A stretch of 34,683 nt of DNA from an uncultured Alphaproteobacteria bacterium (GTDB lineage: Bacteria; Pseudomonadota; Alphaproteobacteria; Rickettsiales; UBA1997): the NCBI GenBank assembly GCA_903849835.1, contig CAINKA010000081.1, positions 1 through 34,683 on the forward strand, read 5' to 3'. The first letter of the stretch is position 1. Each line of letters begins with the position of its first letter. The notes below the pieces were generated by a model, which worked only from the letters and a program-made list of their open reading frames with translations, did not search any database and was not told the origin of the DNA. Below are positions 1-8,566 of the stretch, one piece after another. Position numbers and translations under genes: made by a program.

Positions 1-23
1 TTAAATCTAAAATTTTCTCCAAC

Positions 24-962
24 ATGGTCATCAAAAAAGAGCAGCTCGAAGAAATTAATGATTTGCGCGCGCAGTCAAATCAAACCATCAGACCAGTTTC
101 TGCAGAATTAGAAAAAATTTTATACCAGCCGTTTGAAGTGTTAGATCACGGTTTTGTTCGCGTGGTTGATTACATGGGAAATGATTCGTCTGTGGTGCAA
201 GCGGCGCGTGTTTCTTACGGATCGGGAACGAAGAAAGTCAATGCAGACAAGGGTTTGATCAATTACCTCATCGCTCATCGCCACACCACGCCGCTGGAAA
301 TGTGCGAAATAAAATTTCACATCAAATTACCAATTTTTGTGGCGCGTCAATGGATTCGCCACCGTACAGCTTCAGTGAATGAATATTCCGCGCGCTATTC
401 AATCGTGGAAGATGAGTTCTACATTCCACGCGGCGAAAATTTATCTTCGCAATCAACGATCAATCACCAAGGTCGTGACGAAACAAAAGTTTTAAATTCG
501 GTCGAACAAAAAAGAGTGTTGGAAATTTTGAAGCAAGATTCTGCAAAAGCTTACGATCACTATCTCGAGATGATCAACCAAGATGTTGATGGAAATGCTG
601 TTGATGAAAAAAAAGAGGGTCTTGCTCGTGAATTAGCGCGCATGAATTTGCCGCTTAATTGCTACACGCAATGGTATTGGAAAATTGATCTTCACAATCT
701 TTTGCACTTCCTAAATCTTCGTGCAGATTCTCATGCTCAATATGAAATTCGCGTTTATGCTGAAGTGATGCTAGACATGGTAAAAAAATGGGTTCCTCAT
801 TGCTACGAAGCTTTCATGAAAAATCAAAAAGACGGAAAAAATCTTTCAGGTCCAGCGTTAGAAGCGGTGAAAAAAATGTTGAAAGGCGAAAAAGTTGAGC
901 AAGAAAATTCCGGCCTTTCGAGCCGCGAATGGAGCGAGCTCATGAGTTTAATCAAAAATTAA
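24..962 (+). CDS. thyX: Flavin-dependent thymidylate synthase ThyX
   Basis: 312-aa ORF carrying the ThyX signature RHRxxSxxxxSxR ([16 protein letters not shown]). Confidence 0.9.
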   Translation: MVIKKEQLEEINDLRAQSNQTIRPVSAELEKILYQPFEVLDHGFVRVVDYMGNDSSVVQAARVSYGSGTKKVNADKGLINYLIAHRHTTPLEMCEIKFHIKLPIFVARQWIRHRTASVNEYSARYSIVEDEFYIPRGENLSSQSTINHQGRDETKVLNSVEQKRVLEILKQDSAKAYDHYLEMINQDVDGNAVDEKKEGLARELARMNLPLNCYTQWYWKIDLHNLLHFLNLRADSHAQYEIRVYAEVMLDMVKKWVPHCYEAFMKNQKDGKNLSGPALEAVKKMLKGEKVEQENSGLSSREWSELMSLIKN

Positions 963-974
963 TTTAGGAGATTC

Positions 975-1148
975 ATGTCACTAGGAATGGGAGAGTTATT
1001 GTTAATTCTCGTAATTGTTTTTGTACTTTTCGGAGCAGGAAAATTGCCGCAAGTAATGCAGGATATCGGCAAAGGAATTAAGGGGTTGAAGAAGGGGTTG
1101 AAGGAAGAAGAAAAAACTAAAGAAGTTGAAAAAAATAAATCGGAATGA
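975..1148 (+). CDS. tatA: Twin-arginine translocase subunit TatA/E (57 aa, below the ORF-track cutoff)
   Basis: ATG at 975 lies 5 nt after an AGGAG Shine-Dalgarno. Translation is MSLGMGELLLILVIVFVLFGAGKLPQVMQDIGKGIKGLKKG...: one TM helix, the FG-x-KLP hinge and an amphipathic Lys-rich tail typical of TatA. TGA at 1146-1148. Confidence 0.85.
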   Translation: MSLGMGELLLILVIVFVLFGAGKLPQVMQDIGKGIKGLKKGLKEEEKTKEVEKNKSE

Positions 1149-1150
1149 AG

Positions 1151-1265
1151 TAAATTTTAGATTTAGGATTTTAGATTTTAGATTTGTTTGATCAGAGTTA
1201 CACCAATACAAATAAAGGCGAGAACAGCCTTAAATCTAAAATCTAAAATCTAAAATCTTAAATTT
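1151..1265. repeat. Inverted arrays of an 8-bp tandem repeat (TTTTAGAT x3-4 / ATCTAAAA x3-4) around a ~45-bp spacer
   Basis: Left arm is 1151-1185 (aaattttagatttaggattttagattttagattt). Right arm is 1231-1265 (taaatctaaaatctaaaatctaaaatcttaaattt) and is its imperfect reverse complement. Window positions 1-13 (ttaaatctaaaat) repeat the start of the right arm. Confidence 0.85.
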
Positions 1266-1271
1266 CCCCTC

Positions 1272-1883
1272 GTGCTTCCTCATAAAATCATAACAACCCA
1301 AGTAATCGAAGATGTCGTAAACAAATCTTCTGCTGATCGCATTCCGGTGCGCGATTTGGTTGAGGCAATGGAGGCTATTGGCTTTGGTTTGGTGATGATG
1401 ATTTTTGCTTTTGGCATCGTCATTCCTTTGCCACCGCCATTTCCCAGCATCATCTCAATTCCACTGGCAATTTTTTCTTTACAAATGGCGCTTGGATATT
1501 CCGCGCCGAAATTGCCAAAAAGATTTTCAGATTTGTCGGTAAAAAGATCGGTCTTGGCGATGTTGGTGCAGAAGTCTTCCCCTTACATTCGTAGGGTTGA
1601 AAGGATCTTGAGGCCACGACTTTCATTCATGACTTATGGCATCATGGAAAGAGTCATCGGAGTTTTTACTTTGATTTTTTCCGTCTCAATTTTTCTGCCA
1701 ATACCTCTTTCCAACTTCATTCCTGGACTTGGAATTTTAATTATTTCTTTCGGACTTTTGGGAAAGGATGGCCTAATTGTGATCATCGGGCTAATTGTTG
1801 GAAGCATTGGTATCGCGATTACAACCGCTTCAGTTTTTTTAGGCGTCGAAGTTTTTAACTATCTCAAAGGGCTGATCAACTGA
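1272..1883 (+). CDS. ExoD-family (exopolysaccharide synthesis) inner-membrane protein
   Basis: 203-aa ORF with a GTG start. The N-terminal 'VRDLVEAMEAIGFGLVMMIFAFGIVIPLPPP' segment, the 'PKLPKRF' motif and several TM helices resemble ExoD family proteins. No clear SD. Confidence 0.65.
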   Translation: MLPHKIITTQVIEDVVNKSSADRIPVRDLVEAMEAIGFGLVMMIFAFGIVIPLPPPFPSIISIPLAIFSLQMALGYSAPKLPKRFSDLSVKRSVLAMLVQKSSPYIRRVERILRPRLSFMTYGIMERVIGVFTLIFSVSIFLPIPLSNFIPGLGILIISFGLLGKDGLIVIIGLIVGSIGIAITTASVFLGVEVFNYLKGLIN

Positions 1884-1897
1884 TCTTAAAAATAATC

Positions 1898-1925
1898 TTG
1901 ACACTACTAATCCCGTTTCTACAAA
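1898..1925 (+). promoter_or_regulatory. Putative sigma70-like promoter of rho, followed by a C-rich/G-poor leader
   Basis: TTGACA (1898-1903), 16-nt spacer, TACAAA (1920-1925). The ~95-nt leader before the rho ATG is visibly C-rich and G-poor (rut-like). Confidence 0.3.
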
Positions 1926-2022
1926 GCGCGGCCTCATTCCGCTGTTCACTTCCTTTATCAGTTTTTCGAATCTTCCATTTTCTTCCCTTCTAAACCAACT
2001 TTACCAATCAATTTTTTTATAA

Positions 2023-3585
2023 ATGTCATCATCAACGCTTACATTGCGCTATGGCGCTAATCCTGCTCAAACCGATTCTCAAGAGCAGCAAAATACTCAA
2101 CCAGCTCCAGTCCAACCAAACCAAAATTACAACCAAAATAGCGAGCAACAAAATCGTTTCGACGCTCCGCGTTTGCACACCGGAAATTTACTCAGTCGTG
2201 GCAATCAAGCTGCTGTGCCAAGCGTTTCAAGCTCTCACTTTAGCAGTTCCTCGCAAGTTGATTCAGACGATGAAGATGATTGTCGTGTAGACAATAAACG
2301 CCCAGTTAACGGCGGCAAAACGCTCGAGCTAAAATTCTTAAAAACAAAATCTGCAGAAAGCCTGATCGAAGTGGCCAAAGAATACGGTCTCGACAATATC
2401 GGCGACTATGGCAGACAAGACATCATCTACCACATTCTAAAAAATTTCTCCGATCAAAATTTTGAAAATGTGATTCTTGGAGAAGGGGTGTTGGAAGTTT
2501 TAGAAGATGGATTTGGATTTTTAAGAGCGCCTGAAACCAATTATTTCCCAGGCTCGGACGATATTTACGTTTCGCCAAGTCAGATCAAAAGATTTGGTTT
2601 GCGCACGGGAGACACGATCAAAGGTCAAATTCGCGCGCCGAAAAAAGGTGAAAGATATTTCGCTCTGCTTCGCGTCAATGAAGTGAATTTGGGCTCTCCC
2701 GACAAAATCAGAAATCGTGTTTTATTTGATGACTTAACCCCGCTTTATCCGCAAAAAAAATTAAATCTCGAAGAAGATAAGCCGATTAATAACGATATCA
2801 GCACGAGAATCATCGACATGATTGCGCCGCTCGGAAAAGGTCAGCGCGCCTTGATCGTCGCGCCTCCAAGAACTGGTAAAACTTCTTTGATGCAAAATAT
2901 TGCTCACGCAATCACCTCGAATCATCCCGAAATTATTTTGCTAGTTTTGTTGATCGACGAACGTCCGGAAGAAGTGACCGACATGATCAGAACCGTGAAA
3001 GGCGAGGTGGTAAGCTCAACTTTTGACGAGCCTGCAACGCGTCACGTGCAACTTGCCGAAATGGTGATTGAAAAAGCGCGTCGCTTAGTTGAAGCAAAAA
3101 AAGATGTCGTAATTTTACTCGACAACCTCACGCGTCTAGCACGCGCCTACAACACCGTCATTCCTTCATCGGGAAAAGTTTTGTCAGGTGGCGTTGATTC
3201 AAATGCGTTGCAAAGGCCAAAAAGATTTTTCGGTTCAGCCAGAAATATCGAAGAAGGTGGATCGCTAACCATCATCGCAACTGCGCTCGTTGAAACCGGA
3301 TCAAAAATGGATGAAGTTATTTTCGAAGAATTTAAGGGAACCGGAAATTCTGAAATCATGCTTGATCGAAAAATTTCCGACAAAAGAATTTATCCTGCCA
3401 TCGACATCACAAGGTCTGGAACCAGAAAAGAAGAGCTTCTGACCGATCGTGCAACTTTGTCGAAAATTTGGATGTTGAGAAGAATCGTCAACCCGATGAA
3501 TCCAATCGACGCGATGGAATTCTTGCTTCAAAAAATCGAGCACACTAAGACAAATGAGGAATTTTTTAAGTCGATGAACAGCTAA
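2023..3585 (+). CDS. rho: Transcription termination factor Rho with a ~100-aa N-terminal Q/N/S/P-rich extension
   Basis: 520 aa. Carries the RNA-binding GFGFLR motif, Walker [12 protein letters not shown] and [10 protein letters not shown]. The canonical N-terminus ([23 protein letters not shown]) only starts near residue 101. Confidence 0.9.
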   Translation: MSSSTLTLRYGANPAQTDSQEQQNTQPAPVQPNQNYNQNSEQQNRFDAPRLHTGNLLSRGNQAAVPSVSSSHFSSSSQVDSDDEDDCRVDNKRPVNGGKTLELKFLKTKSAESLIEVAKEYGLDNIGDYGRQDIIYHILKNFSDQNFENVILGEGVLEVLEDGFGFLRAPETNYFPGSDDIYVSPSQIKRFGLRTGDTIKGQIRAPKKGERYFALLRVNEVNLGSPDKIRNRVLFDDLTPLYPQKKLNLEEDKPINNDISTRIIDMIAPLGKGQRALIVAPPRTGKTSLMQNIAHAITSNHPEIILLVLLIDERPEEVTDMIRTVKGEVVSSTFDEPATRHVQLAEMVIEKARRLVEAKKDVVILLDNLTRLARAYNTVIPSSGKVLSGGVDSNALQRPKRFFGSARNIEEGGSLTIIATALVETGSKMDEVIFEEFKGTGNSEIMLDRKISDKRIYPAIDITRSGTRKEELLTDRATLSKIWMLRRIVNPMNPIDAMEFLLQKIEHTKTNEEFFKSMNS

Positions 3586-3597
3586 ATTTGACTACGA

Positions 3598-3780
3598 CTT
3601 GCAATAAAATCCGATGTCATGCTGAGCCTGTCGAAGCATGATTCAGGTCATCTATACCCAAGCCAATTCAAGAAACCGATGTGTCATGCTGAGCCTGTCG
3701 AAGCATGATTCAAGCCACCTAGTCAAGATCATGCTTCGACAGGCTCAGCATGACATCGGATTATTTTTTAAGATTGCAAT
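3598..3780. repeat. Composite of three copies of the 'GTCATGCTGAGCCTGTCGAAGCATGATTC' palindromic core (two direct, one inverted)
   Basis: Copies at 3611-3645 and 3676-3712 are direct; the copy at 3728-3760 is inverted. The outer flanks (aaaatccgat / atcggatt) extend the inverted repeat. Lies between rho and the OmpA-like gene. Confidence 0.85.
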
Positions 3781-3791
3781 TTGTCTATTCA

Positions 3792-4763
3792 ATGAGATCC
3801 AGAATAGTTCTTCTCCTCATCATCATCCCCCTCCTCACCTCCTGCGTATCTTCGCTCCAACGCCTCTCAGAAAAAGAAAGTTCGCTTAAAACTCAAGGCG
3901 GATACGACTCTTACCTCGCGTTAGAATATTTGGAATTTTCACGAAATCTTGTGGTGATAAAAGATCACAGCAAATCAAAATATTTTGCGGAGAAAGGCTT
4001 GGCTGTAATTGCTGGAGCGGATGTAATTCCTGAAGATCCGGCAAAATGGAAAGCGGATCCTGTGCAAATGGAAGAAATGATTTTGATGCAGAGACGTCTC
4101 GAGATGGTGATGATGGTGCCGCACATGCGGTTCTACATGCCAATCCAACTTGCGCATTTGAGCTATCTTTACGATTGCTGGATTAGTCGTGAATCAAAAG
4201 CAGTGTTTCGTGCAGATGAGTTGGCACAATGTCGCACCAGATTCTACAAGCTTCTGGATGAGGTTGAGCTTTACATCGACGATCTCAAAAAAGACAAACA
4301 GCCGAAGGTCGAAATTAAAGAACCTGAATTCGAACGATTCGAAATTCTCTTCGATTTAAACAGCTCAAAATTCAACGACAAAGCCAATAAAGATTTGGTC
4401 GCAACCATTAAGCATCTTCTCACTTTAAAAGGCGATTACCGCATACTTTTGGTGGGAAATGCTGATCGAACAGGGCGCGAACTTTACAATCAAAACTTGG
4501 CGTTAAATCGCGCAGAAGTTGTAAAAAATTATTTGGTAAAAAACGGAGTTGTGAAAGATTTAATCGAGCTGCGTTCAGTCGGAGAGGACTTCCCCGACAT
4601 TATCACAAAATCTGGCATGCAGCAGCAAATTAATCGCACGGTTGGAGTTTATGTGCTGAAAGGTTTCGGATCTTTTTCATCTTTTCCTTTGCCATTGATT
4701 GAAAATTATGTTTACCGTGAAGAGGTGAAGAAAGCGCGTGCAGAGCGGGGGTTGAAGAATTAG
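3792..4763 (+). CDS. OmpA/MotB-domain lipoprotein
   Basis: The start was moved to ATG 3792, because the tracked start at 3750 lies inside the repeat. It then begins MRSRIVLLLIIIPLLTSC (lipobox LTSC). The C-terminus has OmpA-like peptidoglycan-binding motifs (NADRTGRELYNQNLALNRAEVVKNYL). Confidence 0.75.
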   Translation: MRSRIVLLLIIIPLLTSCVSSLQRLSEKESSLKTQGGYDSYLALEYLEFSRNLVVIKDHSKSKYFAEKGLAVIAGADVIPEDPAKWKADPVQMEEMILMQRRLEMVMMVPHMRFYMPIQLAHLSYLYDCWISRESKAVFRADELAQCRTRFYKLLDEVELYIDDLKKDKQPKVEIKEPEFERFEILFDLNSSKFNDKANKDLVATIKHLLTLKGDYRILLVGNADRTGRELYNQNLALNRAEVVKNYLVKNGVVKDLIELRSVGEDFPDIITKSGMQQQINRTVGVYVLKGFGSFSSFPLPLIENYVYREEVKKARAERGLKN

Positions 4764-4800
4764 TCCGCTTGCGTTTCGCTACAGCGCGATTGGGAGTTAA

Positions 4801-5928
4801 ATGAAAAATATGAAATTTGATTTACAAAACAAAAAAAAATTAGTCGTAAAAATCGGATCTTCGCTGCTCGTTGCTGACGGAAAATTGCGCGAAAAATGGC
4901 TGAAAAATTTTGCCGAAAATGTTGCGGAATTAATCGAAAAAAAAATTGAGATCACGATTGTTTCTTCAGGCGCGATTGCTCTTGGACGTGCCGCCCTCAA
5001 GGTTTCAGACAAAAAATTATCTCTCGAAGAAAAACAGGCGGCGGCAGCAATCGGACAAATTCAGCTAATGAGTTTTTACCGTGACGCTTTCAAAAAATTT
5101 AATCTCAATGTTGCGCAGATTCTTCTCACAGCCGCTGATTGCAACGCTCGCGACCGTTATCTCAATTGCAAAAACACCATCGAAACTCTGCTAAAAAATC
5201 GCGTCATTCCGATCATTAACGAAAATGATTCTGTGGCGGTGGATGAAATAAAAATTGGCGACAATGACCGACTCGCTGCCCGCGTGGCTCAAATGATCTC
5301 AGCTGATGCAATGATTTTATTTTCCGACATTGACGGGCTCTACGATAAAAATCCGAAAGTCGCAAAAAACGCGCGACTAATTCCTCAAGTTTTTGAGATC
5401 AGCAAAGAAATTGAAAATATGGCCGGAAGCTCGACGTCGCTGGTCGGCACCGGTGGAATGATTACCAAAATTCTCGCCGCAAAAATGTTGGTTAATTCCG
5501 GATGCGATTCCGTAATTACCAACGGCACCGAAAATAATGCGCTGAAAAATTTGGTCGCTGGCAAACAAAATTGCACAATTTTTTACAGCAAAAAAAAATC
5601 TGAAAAGTCGCGCAAACAGTGGCTTTCCGGCTTTTTGAACGCGAAAGGTGAGGTGGTCGTAAATCAGTGTGCTGCCTCCGCCCTGCGCAGTAAAAAAATT
5701 AGTTTACTGCCGATCGGCGTGATTGCCGCGCGCGGAAATTTCGAAAAAGGCGAAGCAATTTTTGTCAAAGACGAATCAGGAAACCACGTCGCCAGCGGCA
5801 TCAGCAACTATTCCGCAAGTGACGTCAAAAAAATTTTAGAAAAAAAATCCGCCGAGGTGAAAAAAATTTTTGGAAGTGGTGCGAAGAAAGAAATAATCCA
5901 CGCCGATAATTTGGTGGTTAGTGCGTAG
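4801..5928 (+). CDS. proB: Glutamate 5-kinase (with C-terminal PUA domain)
   Basis: 375 aa. Amino-acid-kinase N-terminus VVKIGSSLL, NENDSV, DNDRLAA, then a PUA-like C-terminal part. The TAG stop (5926-5928) lies inside a GC-rich repeat (gcgTAGgggctggcc). Confidence 0.9.
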   Translation: MKNMKFDLQNKKKLVVKIGSSLLVADGKLREKWLKNFAENVAELIEKKIEITIVSSGAIALGRAALKVSDKKLSLEEKQAAAAIGQIQLMSFYRDAFKKFNLNVAQILLTAADCNARDRYLNCKNTIETLLKNRVIPIINENDSVAVDEIKIGDNDRLAARVAQMISADAMILFSDIDGLYDKNPKVAKNARLIPQVFEISKEIENMAGSSTSLVGTGGMITKILAAKMLVNSGCDSVITNGTENNALKNLVAGKQNCTIFYSKKKSEKSRKQWLSGFLNAKGEVVVNQCAASALRSKKISLLPIGVIAARGNFEKGEAIFVKDESGNHVASGISNYSASDVKKILEKKSAEVKKIFGSGAKKEIIHADNLVVSA

Positions 5929-6035
5929 GGGCTGGCCTTGTGCCAGCCCGCACCAGCAACTGTAAAATTTCCGTAGGGGCGGGGACCCCCCCACGTGTCC
6001 GCCCGCACGGGCGACCACAAGGGTCGCCCCTACAA
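5925..6035. repeat. Cluster of GC-rich palindromic elements (GTAGGGG...CCCCTAC family)
   Basis: Three stem-loop units. Unit 1 is 5925-5953 (gtaggggctggccttgtgccagcccgcac). Unit 2 is 5973-6008 (gtaggggcgggg...gtccgcccgcac). Unit 3 is 6009-6035 (gggcgaccacaagggtcgcccctacaa). They are strikingly GC-rich against an AT-rich background. Confidence 0.85.
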
Positions 6036-8204
6036 AGCGTGAGGCGATCTCCTATCGCCAGTCACTGCTGCAGCACCAGCGCCAGCCGCATCCGGAGCCG
6101 GAGCATCCAATCCAGCCTTCAATAATTCCAAAAATTTTGTGTTGATAGCTTCTACCCCAAGATCTTCCGGAGATTCTGCGATGAATTTTTTCAACGATTC
6201 GAAATGAGCTAAATTTTTTCTATGCGTGAGTTGAGTCAAATTTTCTATATTCAAGCCTATTTCCAATCCTTTTTTTAATTCTTCTTCCAGCGCTATACAT
6301 GACTTGATGCTTATGTCTGAAATTGCCTTGCAAAAAGTTTCTAATTTCTGATCTGTTATGTCGGGCATCGTTTCTTTAAGATTTTCAAGAATACGCATTC
6401 TTTCTTCAGACGTGCTGCGAATAGTGAATCTTTGAGCACTAATGGGAGATAAGCCGATGTGAAGCGCTTTTAGTTGCAACTCACCTTTAAGATGTCGAAT
6501 TTCATTGAATTTTGCAGTGATTTCACCATCCGTTGTTTCAGGATTTCTTTCTCTAAAATTTTGAAGATATGAAAGTTGGAAATTGGTGTGAGGCTCTGCA
6601 TAACCAAAATATCTTTCTGCAATTTCTAGCGACAAACCAAGATCCATGGCTTCAAATTGAAGGTCTGAAAATGTGACAAGTTTTTGGTAGATTTCTCCTA
6701 ACCGCTCTTCATCAAGTAAAGGATCTTTTATTTTTAGCTTTTTGAGATGCGTTAATTTTTCAACATCCTCATCTTGCACAGTTTTAGCAATTTCCAACGA
6801 CAAACCAAGGGTTGCAGCTTCAAATTGGATGTTTCTAAAAAAAATAATTTCGCCATATGCTGCGACCAGCTCATCCACCGTCAGGCTTGGTTTTTTTGTT
6901 TTCAAATTCACTACAAAATTTACATTTTCTAAATCACCATCTCCAATCAAGAGTTCTTGGATTCCCATATTTTCCGTTGTTGAGTGAATAATTTCGTCAG
7001 AAAAACCAAGCTCTCTTTTCGCAACGCATTGCGGATAATTTTCGCATCCCTCAATGCTCTCAAATATCTCTCCAATTGTTTTTGCTTTTTCTTCATCTGG
7101 CAGTTCCGATATTCTTCGATTTCCAACCACTTCATTCACGAGATATTTTAAAAGAAAATTATCTTCCCACTCATCTCCGATTAATCTTTCGGCCAGTGCT
7201 ACATCTAATCCTAACATCAACCCTTTGAATTGATTTTTGTGGGTGAAAATCACTGTTTGTCCAAAAATTTCCGTCATTTCTTCTACGGTTTTTAACGACC
7301 TTCCTTCATCCAATAATTTTTGCTTTAACTCTACGAGATAAACCAAACTTCTATATCCATTATTTTCAACTGTGGCCACAAATTCGGGTGAAAAACCTAA
7401 ACATGTTGCAAGAAGTTTGTGTGTTGGATGGAGAATAAGTTCTTCGTAAATTGCTGCTAAGTTAGCTGTAGGATCATCTTTTCTAATTTTTTCCAGATAC
7501 TGAATTTCAATCAGATAAGGCTTGTGTCGCATAGCTCTGTCGTAATCAAACCCAAGATTCAGAATTGCAAAAAGCTGCTCGTCATCAATCGATCGGAGTT
7601 GAGTTACAGCTTCGCGAAATGTAAGCTCTGGAATGTGAAGTGTTGCCTCGTAAGGCGTTACAGACGGATTATTTGCTAATGCAGCTTCAATCATCTCCTT
7701 ATTTTTTCGCAGCGCATCTCGGATGAATGGAATCATCTTTTCTTTATGCTTTGCTAAAATTTCTGAGCGCAGAAAAAAATTCACATCATCACCATCATCG
7801 CTGATGACAGAAGAGCCGTCGGTGGAAAATTCTTTTTTTATTTCCAATCTTGTGGATTCAACGCGATCAGCAATCTCAGCGCATAATGCCTCTCCTTCAT
7901 CGTGAGTTAGTGGCGCTCCACTCTCCACAAAATCTTCATCCAACCGAGTAACGCTGGAAAGTTTTACCGAGTAACTACGAGTTTCTGCGGGAGTAGTAGT
8001 GCGATCATCAATCGATAGAAAAGTAGGTCGTCCTTTTGCGGTAACTGTAGTTTGTAATCCATCGCAATTGTAGACTCCTAGTCCATTACCGGCATCGGGG
8101 TTTATACCAATATCGTGAAAAGGTCGAAAGATCTTTCCGGTATTTTTAAAAATCTGTTTTTCCGCAGAAGCTGCGGCTGTAGCTGAAGATGAAGGTCTGG
8201 CCAT
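6030..8204 (-). CDS. Hypothetical 724-aa protein built of ~56-65-aa tandem repeats (recurring ...QFEAxxLGLSxEIA... motif)
   Basis: Long intact ORF. Recurring motif examples: ILNLGFDYDRAM, LATCLGFSPEFVATV, LMLGLDVALAERL, KRELGFSDEII, FEAATLGLSLEIAKTV, FEAMDLGLSLEIAERY, LKALHIGLSPISAQRF, GLEIGLNIENL. The two best-conserved units are 168 bp apart at DNA level (6619 vs 6787). The C-terminal tail and TAG stop lie in GC-rich repeat DNA. Confidence 0.7.
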   Translation of the reverse strand: MARPSSSATAAASAEKQIFKNTGKIFRPFHDIGINPDAGNGLGVYNCDGLQTTVTAKGRPTFLSIDDRTTTPAETRSYSVKLSSVTRLDEDFVESGAPLTHDEGEALCAEIADRVESTRLEIKKEFSTDGSSVISDDGDDVNFFLRSEILAKHKEKMIPFIRDALRKNKEMIEAALANNPSVTPYEATLHIPELTFREAVTQLRSIDDEQLFAILNLGFDYDRAMRHKPYLIEIQYLEKIRKDDPTANLAAIYEELILHPTHKLLATCLGFSPEFVATVENNGYRSLVYLVELKQKLLDEGRSLKTVEEMTEIFGQTVIFTHKNQFKGLMLGLDVALAERLIGDEWEDNFLLKYLVNEVVGNRRISELPDEEKAKTIGEIFESIEGCENYPQCVAKRELGFSDEIIHSTTENMGIQELLIGDGDLENVNFVVNLKTKKPSLTVDELVAAYGEIIFFRNIQFEAATLGLSLEIAKTVQDEDVEKLTHLKKLKIKDPLLDEERLGEIYQKLVTFSDLQFEAMDLGLSLEIAERYFGYAEPHTNFQLSYLQNFRERNPETTDGEITAKFNEIRHLKGELQLKALHIGLSPISAQRFTIRSTSEERMRILENLKETMPDITDQKLETFCKAISDISIKSCIALEEELKKGLEIGLNIENLTQLTHRKNLAHFESLKKFIAESPEDLGVEAINTKFLELLKAGLDAPAPDAAGAGAAAVTGDRRSPHAL

Positions 8205-8317
8205 TGTTTTATTTTTTTTTAATCAATGGCTTGTGGATAAGGCTCGCTGTTTTCGCTGACAAATTATAATTTTTTTACTGAACCATTTTTAGAAAAAATT
8301 TCTCTACGATGTGATAT

Positions 8318-8552
8318 TGTCATGCTGAGCCTGTCGAAGCATGATTCATGGCACGGTGCCTAGACCCTGTTGACATTCATTTTTATTTTCATTTTTTCAC
8401 AAATTTTTGCTCTTTTTTGCGTAAAATTTCTCGAAATATTCCCGATATTCCAAAAAATTTTACGCAAAAATCGCTAAAAATTTCTGAAAAACTGAAAACA
8501 AAACTGAATGTCAACAGGGTCTAGAATCATGCTTCGACAGGCTCAGCATGAC
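8318..8552. mobile_element. 235-bp MITE-like nested palindrome carrying the GTCATGCTGAGCCTGTCGAAGCATGATTC core at both ends
   Basis: Left arm is 8318-8347 plus 8360-8379 (ctagaccctgttgacattca). Right arm is 8505-8524 (tgaatgtcaacagggtctag) plus 8525-8552. There is an internal second inverted repeat, ttttgcgtaaaatt...aattttacgcaaaa (about 8415-8469). No coding capacity. Confidence 0.65.
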
Positions 8553-8566
8553 GATGAAGGTTGTGG

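Noticed and set aside
1002-1211. 69-aa minus-strand ORF.
   Set aside because: It is antisense to the well-supported tatA gene and extends into the 8-bp repeat array. Its Phe/Leu-rich composition is low-complexity.
1151-1265. CRISPR-like array, suggested by the regular short repeats here and at 25858-25942.
   Set aside because: The repeat units are only 7-8 bp, are directly adjacent with no spacers, and are arranged as inverted arms. No cas genes are present in the window.
2051-2290. Alternative-frame 79-aa ORF within the 5' part of rho. The nested antisense ORFs in rho, acnA, aroB, the NHL gene, the VirB6-like gene and gyrB were judged together with it.
   Set aside because: All are embedded in strongly supported longer genes and have no independent signals. 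They are expected by chance in AT-rich, Lys-codon-rich DNA.
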